Shown here: in pieces, positions 62,901 through 64,000 of the stretch
Layout of the letters: every line of letters begins with the position of its first letter
Numbering within the stretch: the first letter of the stretch is position 1
Source of the DNA: Eledone cirrhosa
Lineage: Eukaryota
Reading direction: 5' to 3'
Assembly: GCA_964016885.1 (NCBI GenBank)
Contig: OZ024761.1
Coordinates: forward strand, 8,370,001-8,434,000
Length of the DNA stretch: 64,000 nt
The notes under the pieces: generated by a model
The model's input: the letters and a program-made list of their open reading frames with translations, nothing else
Told to the model about the DNA's origin: nothing
Databases searched by the model: none
Program-made: the position numbers and the translations under genes

Positions 62901-64000
62901 TAACTTGTGATCCGAATAGTCAACCATGAACATTTTTGGACAGCTAAATGTGTCCCTATCCTTCTCTCTAACTAGGACCCTATCTAGGTACGACCTAGAT
63001 GTTCCGCTGCGATTGGTCCACGTCCATAGTGGTACAGTCGGAAAATCTAGTCGATATCTATCGGCCAGGTCAAATCGGCCGATTAACCTTTTGAGGCTTT
63101 TACACACCCCTCTATTGGCACATGCCCCTACATAGTCCCAACGTGCATCCAGGATACCATTCCAGTCCCCCACTAAAAGCAAGGAGCGGGACGTTCCCAG
63201 AAAAGTTTCCAGACGTTGGAAGTATTCCGGCCGTGCTGCCCAAAAAGGGGCGTACACAGCTATTAGTCTAAGGGCTCCACTTTCACTACTGCCGACGTCT
63301 AAAACCACCAGTCGACCCTCCGGGTCCAGGTGCACCTTCTGTATGGCGAGGCCCAGGTGTTTTCGCAGCAGAACGACAACTCCACCCCCACCCCCCGGTT
63401 GACAGAGAGATGCGAAGATCTCAAAGTCGTCGAAGAGGGGCGCCAGTTGGTGCTCGCTACTGATCCTGGACTCGCAAATAGCCATTACATCCATTCTATG
63501 CGACCTGAGATCGTTTAAAAGTTTGCCTTGTTTCCAAGACAGTCCCAGGCCGCGTACATTCAGACACCCAACTCTTATATCAGCCATGCTGGTTAAAAGA
63601 GGAAGGACCAACCTGTTCGGCTCCTGAGGAGCAGGTTGCACAATATCCATGGGCGTATTGGAGGGGTTGTTTGGTGGGGTGTTGTTCTGTGGTGGAGTGG
63701 GGGTGTTTGGTGAGGTGTGGGTGGGTAAACGTTTCAAGAGGACGCGGTTATAGGGTCGAGTACATGTTTTCCCCACGTCCTCAGGAAAGTTCTCTCTTAG
63801 TTTTGCATAGGTGTCCATTGGGAGTCTTATCATTTTTAAATGCGGTTTGTTGGCCGCGCTTGCAAAGAATTGCCCTTCAGTTTCCACCGAAGGGTCTTTG
63901 TGTATTGTTTTTACAAGTTCTTTGTTATTTGTGTTAATGTATGTATACTGTTTTATTTGTGTTGTGTTTGTTTGTTGTTCTTGTGTGTGCTTACGTTTTG
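59913..64000 (-). mobile_element. L1/Tx1-like element (3' UTR 59913-60149 with AATAAA; 5' part may run off the window)
   Basis: The 3' end GTGGCAAATAAAGAAA abuts the 72-bp satellite. A similar 3' end occurs at ~2192-2215. Confidence 0.85.
60150..63887 (-). CDS. L1/Tx1-clade non-LTR retrotransposon ORF2 (APE endonuclease, RT, C-terminal CCHC); likely start ATG at 63587
   Basis: VGCLNVRGL, ICESR, VYAP, VGDWN, SYLDRV, YSDH, GPGYWKLN, KSPGLDG, NFRPITLLN, LDQSKAFD, RQGCPLS, AYADD, CPRC..ETVAHAFVHC. Uninterrupted. Confidence 0.95.
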   Translation of the reverse strand: METEGQFFASAANKPHLKMIRLPMDTYAKLRENFPEDVGKTCTRPYNRVLLKRLPTHTSPNTPTPPQNNTPPNNPSNTPMDIVQPAPQEPNRLVLPLLTSMADIRVGCLNVRGLGLSWKQGKLLNDLRSHRMDVMAICESRISSEHQLAPLFDDFEIFASLCQPGGGGGVVVLLRKHLGLAIQKVHLDPEGRLVVLDVGSSESGALRLIAVYAPFWAARPEYFQRLETFLGTSRSLLLVGDWNGILDARWDYVGACANRGVCKSLKRLIGRFDLADRYRLDFPTVPLWTWTNRSGTSRSYLDRVLVREKDRDTFSCPKMFMVDYSDHKLVTCIANLDRTHRQGPGYWKLNLSLPRSKAYSKRISTLVKQSLTGAIVNNRWWSSLKRAIRIESIGFSQELARDRNKMERELVDRVEEAIRSGNVAGVLASRMALDQFFEVKHEGCVVRSKIRALGNEGAKAVSWARVTEAKSGNKSTIRSLKDQDGRVILEPGQMCAAFQRHFARLFERGGAPGETMDFNPYLDGLPRLSDAEAKSCERTISAAEIGVALSQCGKRKSPGLDGLQYELYVAMPDLFSDILEAVYCNWQQNGRIPSSVTKGVVTLMRKDENKGDDISNFRPITLLNTELKILAKVLAKRLALVVGNLVGEAQTCAIPSRSIHDNLHLMRYIIERVGNEPGFGGALINLDQSKAFDRVDHRYLDAVLAAAGFGPVFRGWIAAMHSSNVCSRVKVNGHLSEPFQIMRSIRQGCPLSSLLYVLALEPLLRKLERLQGIPLEPGLQKAASAYADDVTVMVSKTSQIGEIGTLLEEYERFTGAKLNRDKSIGLQLGTWRGKPMPSNDVVGRWTEGPVKLLGVWFGPDLQVEKNWNEVTARVFALTQKWAQCKLSLKGRAEVANTYIASVIYYRLTVVPCPVKSLAKMECALFQFLWNKRTPLVRRSICCQHPSKGGLGMPWLQMRKHALRLRHLQVFLTGQPVWAPFVRRAFPRLVSLTELQSWVKQRPRKVGDWYIECAQALTALWKADPAISGDSTSTFYRGLVRSRCDDALGEALGMEEDELASLFGRTFGPGPMDNFQKSLAWQCYRGALPVRDKLHRHGSLGRDPLNKICPRCVHDDETVAHAFVHCPGIADLWGYVERLLSRVGPIRLTTESIVTIKPPPPFKNEGEAVFLCVIAMAKEVVWWTRLKGLRSDTFLSGQQLVPFFKYHFKRRIRMEREVLYPSKFYERWVKVGRMARVNGSSLYISL

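Overview
Eukaryotic, repeat-saturated genomic DNA, probably from a coleoid cephalopod such as octopus (inferred from the very dense (TA)n/(CA)n microsatellites and the SINE/RTE repertoire, not proven). Most of the six-frame ORFs are microsatellite or minisatellite artefacts. Real coding content is three + strand exons of a CYP4-clan cytochrome P450 (45658-50796) plus transposon ORFs: an intact L1/Tx1-type ORF2, several RTE LINE copies with a PHD-like finger inside the RT region, four Penelope-like (PLE) remnants of mostly Naiad type, and a maT-like DNA transposon. The most notable signal is non-coding: about 13 hammerhead ribozyme (HHR) motifs in at least six sequence families, plus one weaker candidate. 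These include a retrozyme-like tandem array of 317-bp units with a U3-A8 variant core (24849-26977), a 252-bp relative with the canonical C3-G8 core, a ~590-bp element with a U3-A8 core and long stem II, and several HHR fold-back mini-elements. They mostly sit in (TA)n tracts near Naiad-type PLEs, which could supply the RT and endonuclease. Several satellites can be traced to the LINE, SINE or MITE sequence they arose from. All RNA folds were assigned by eye.
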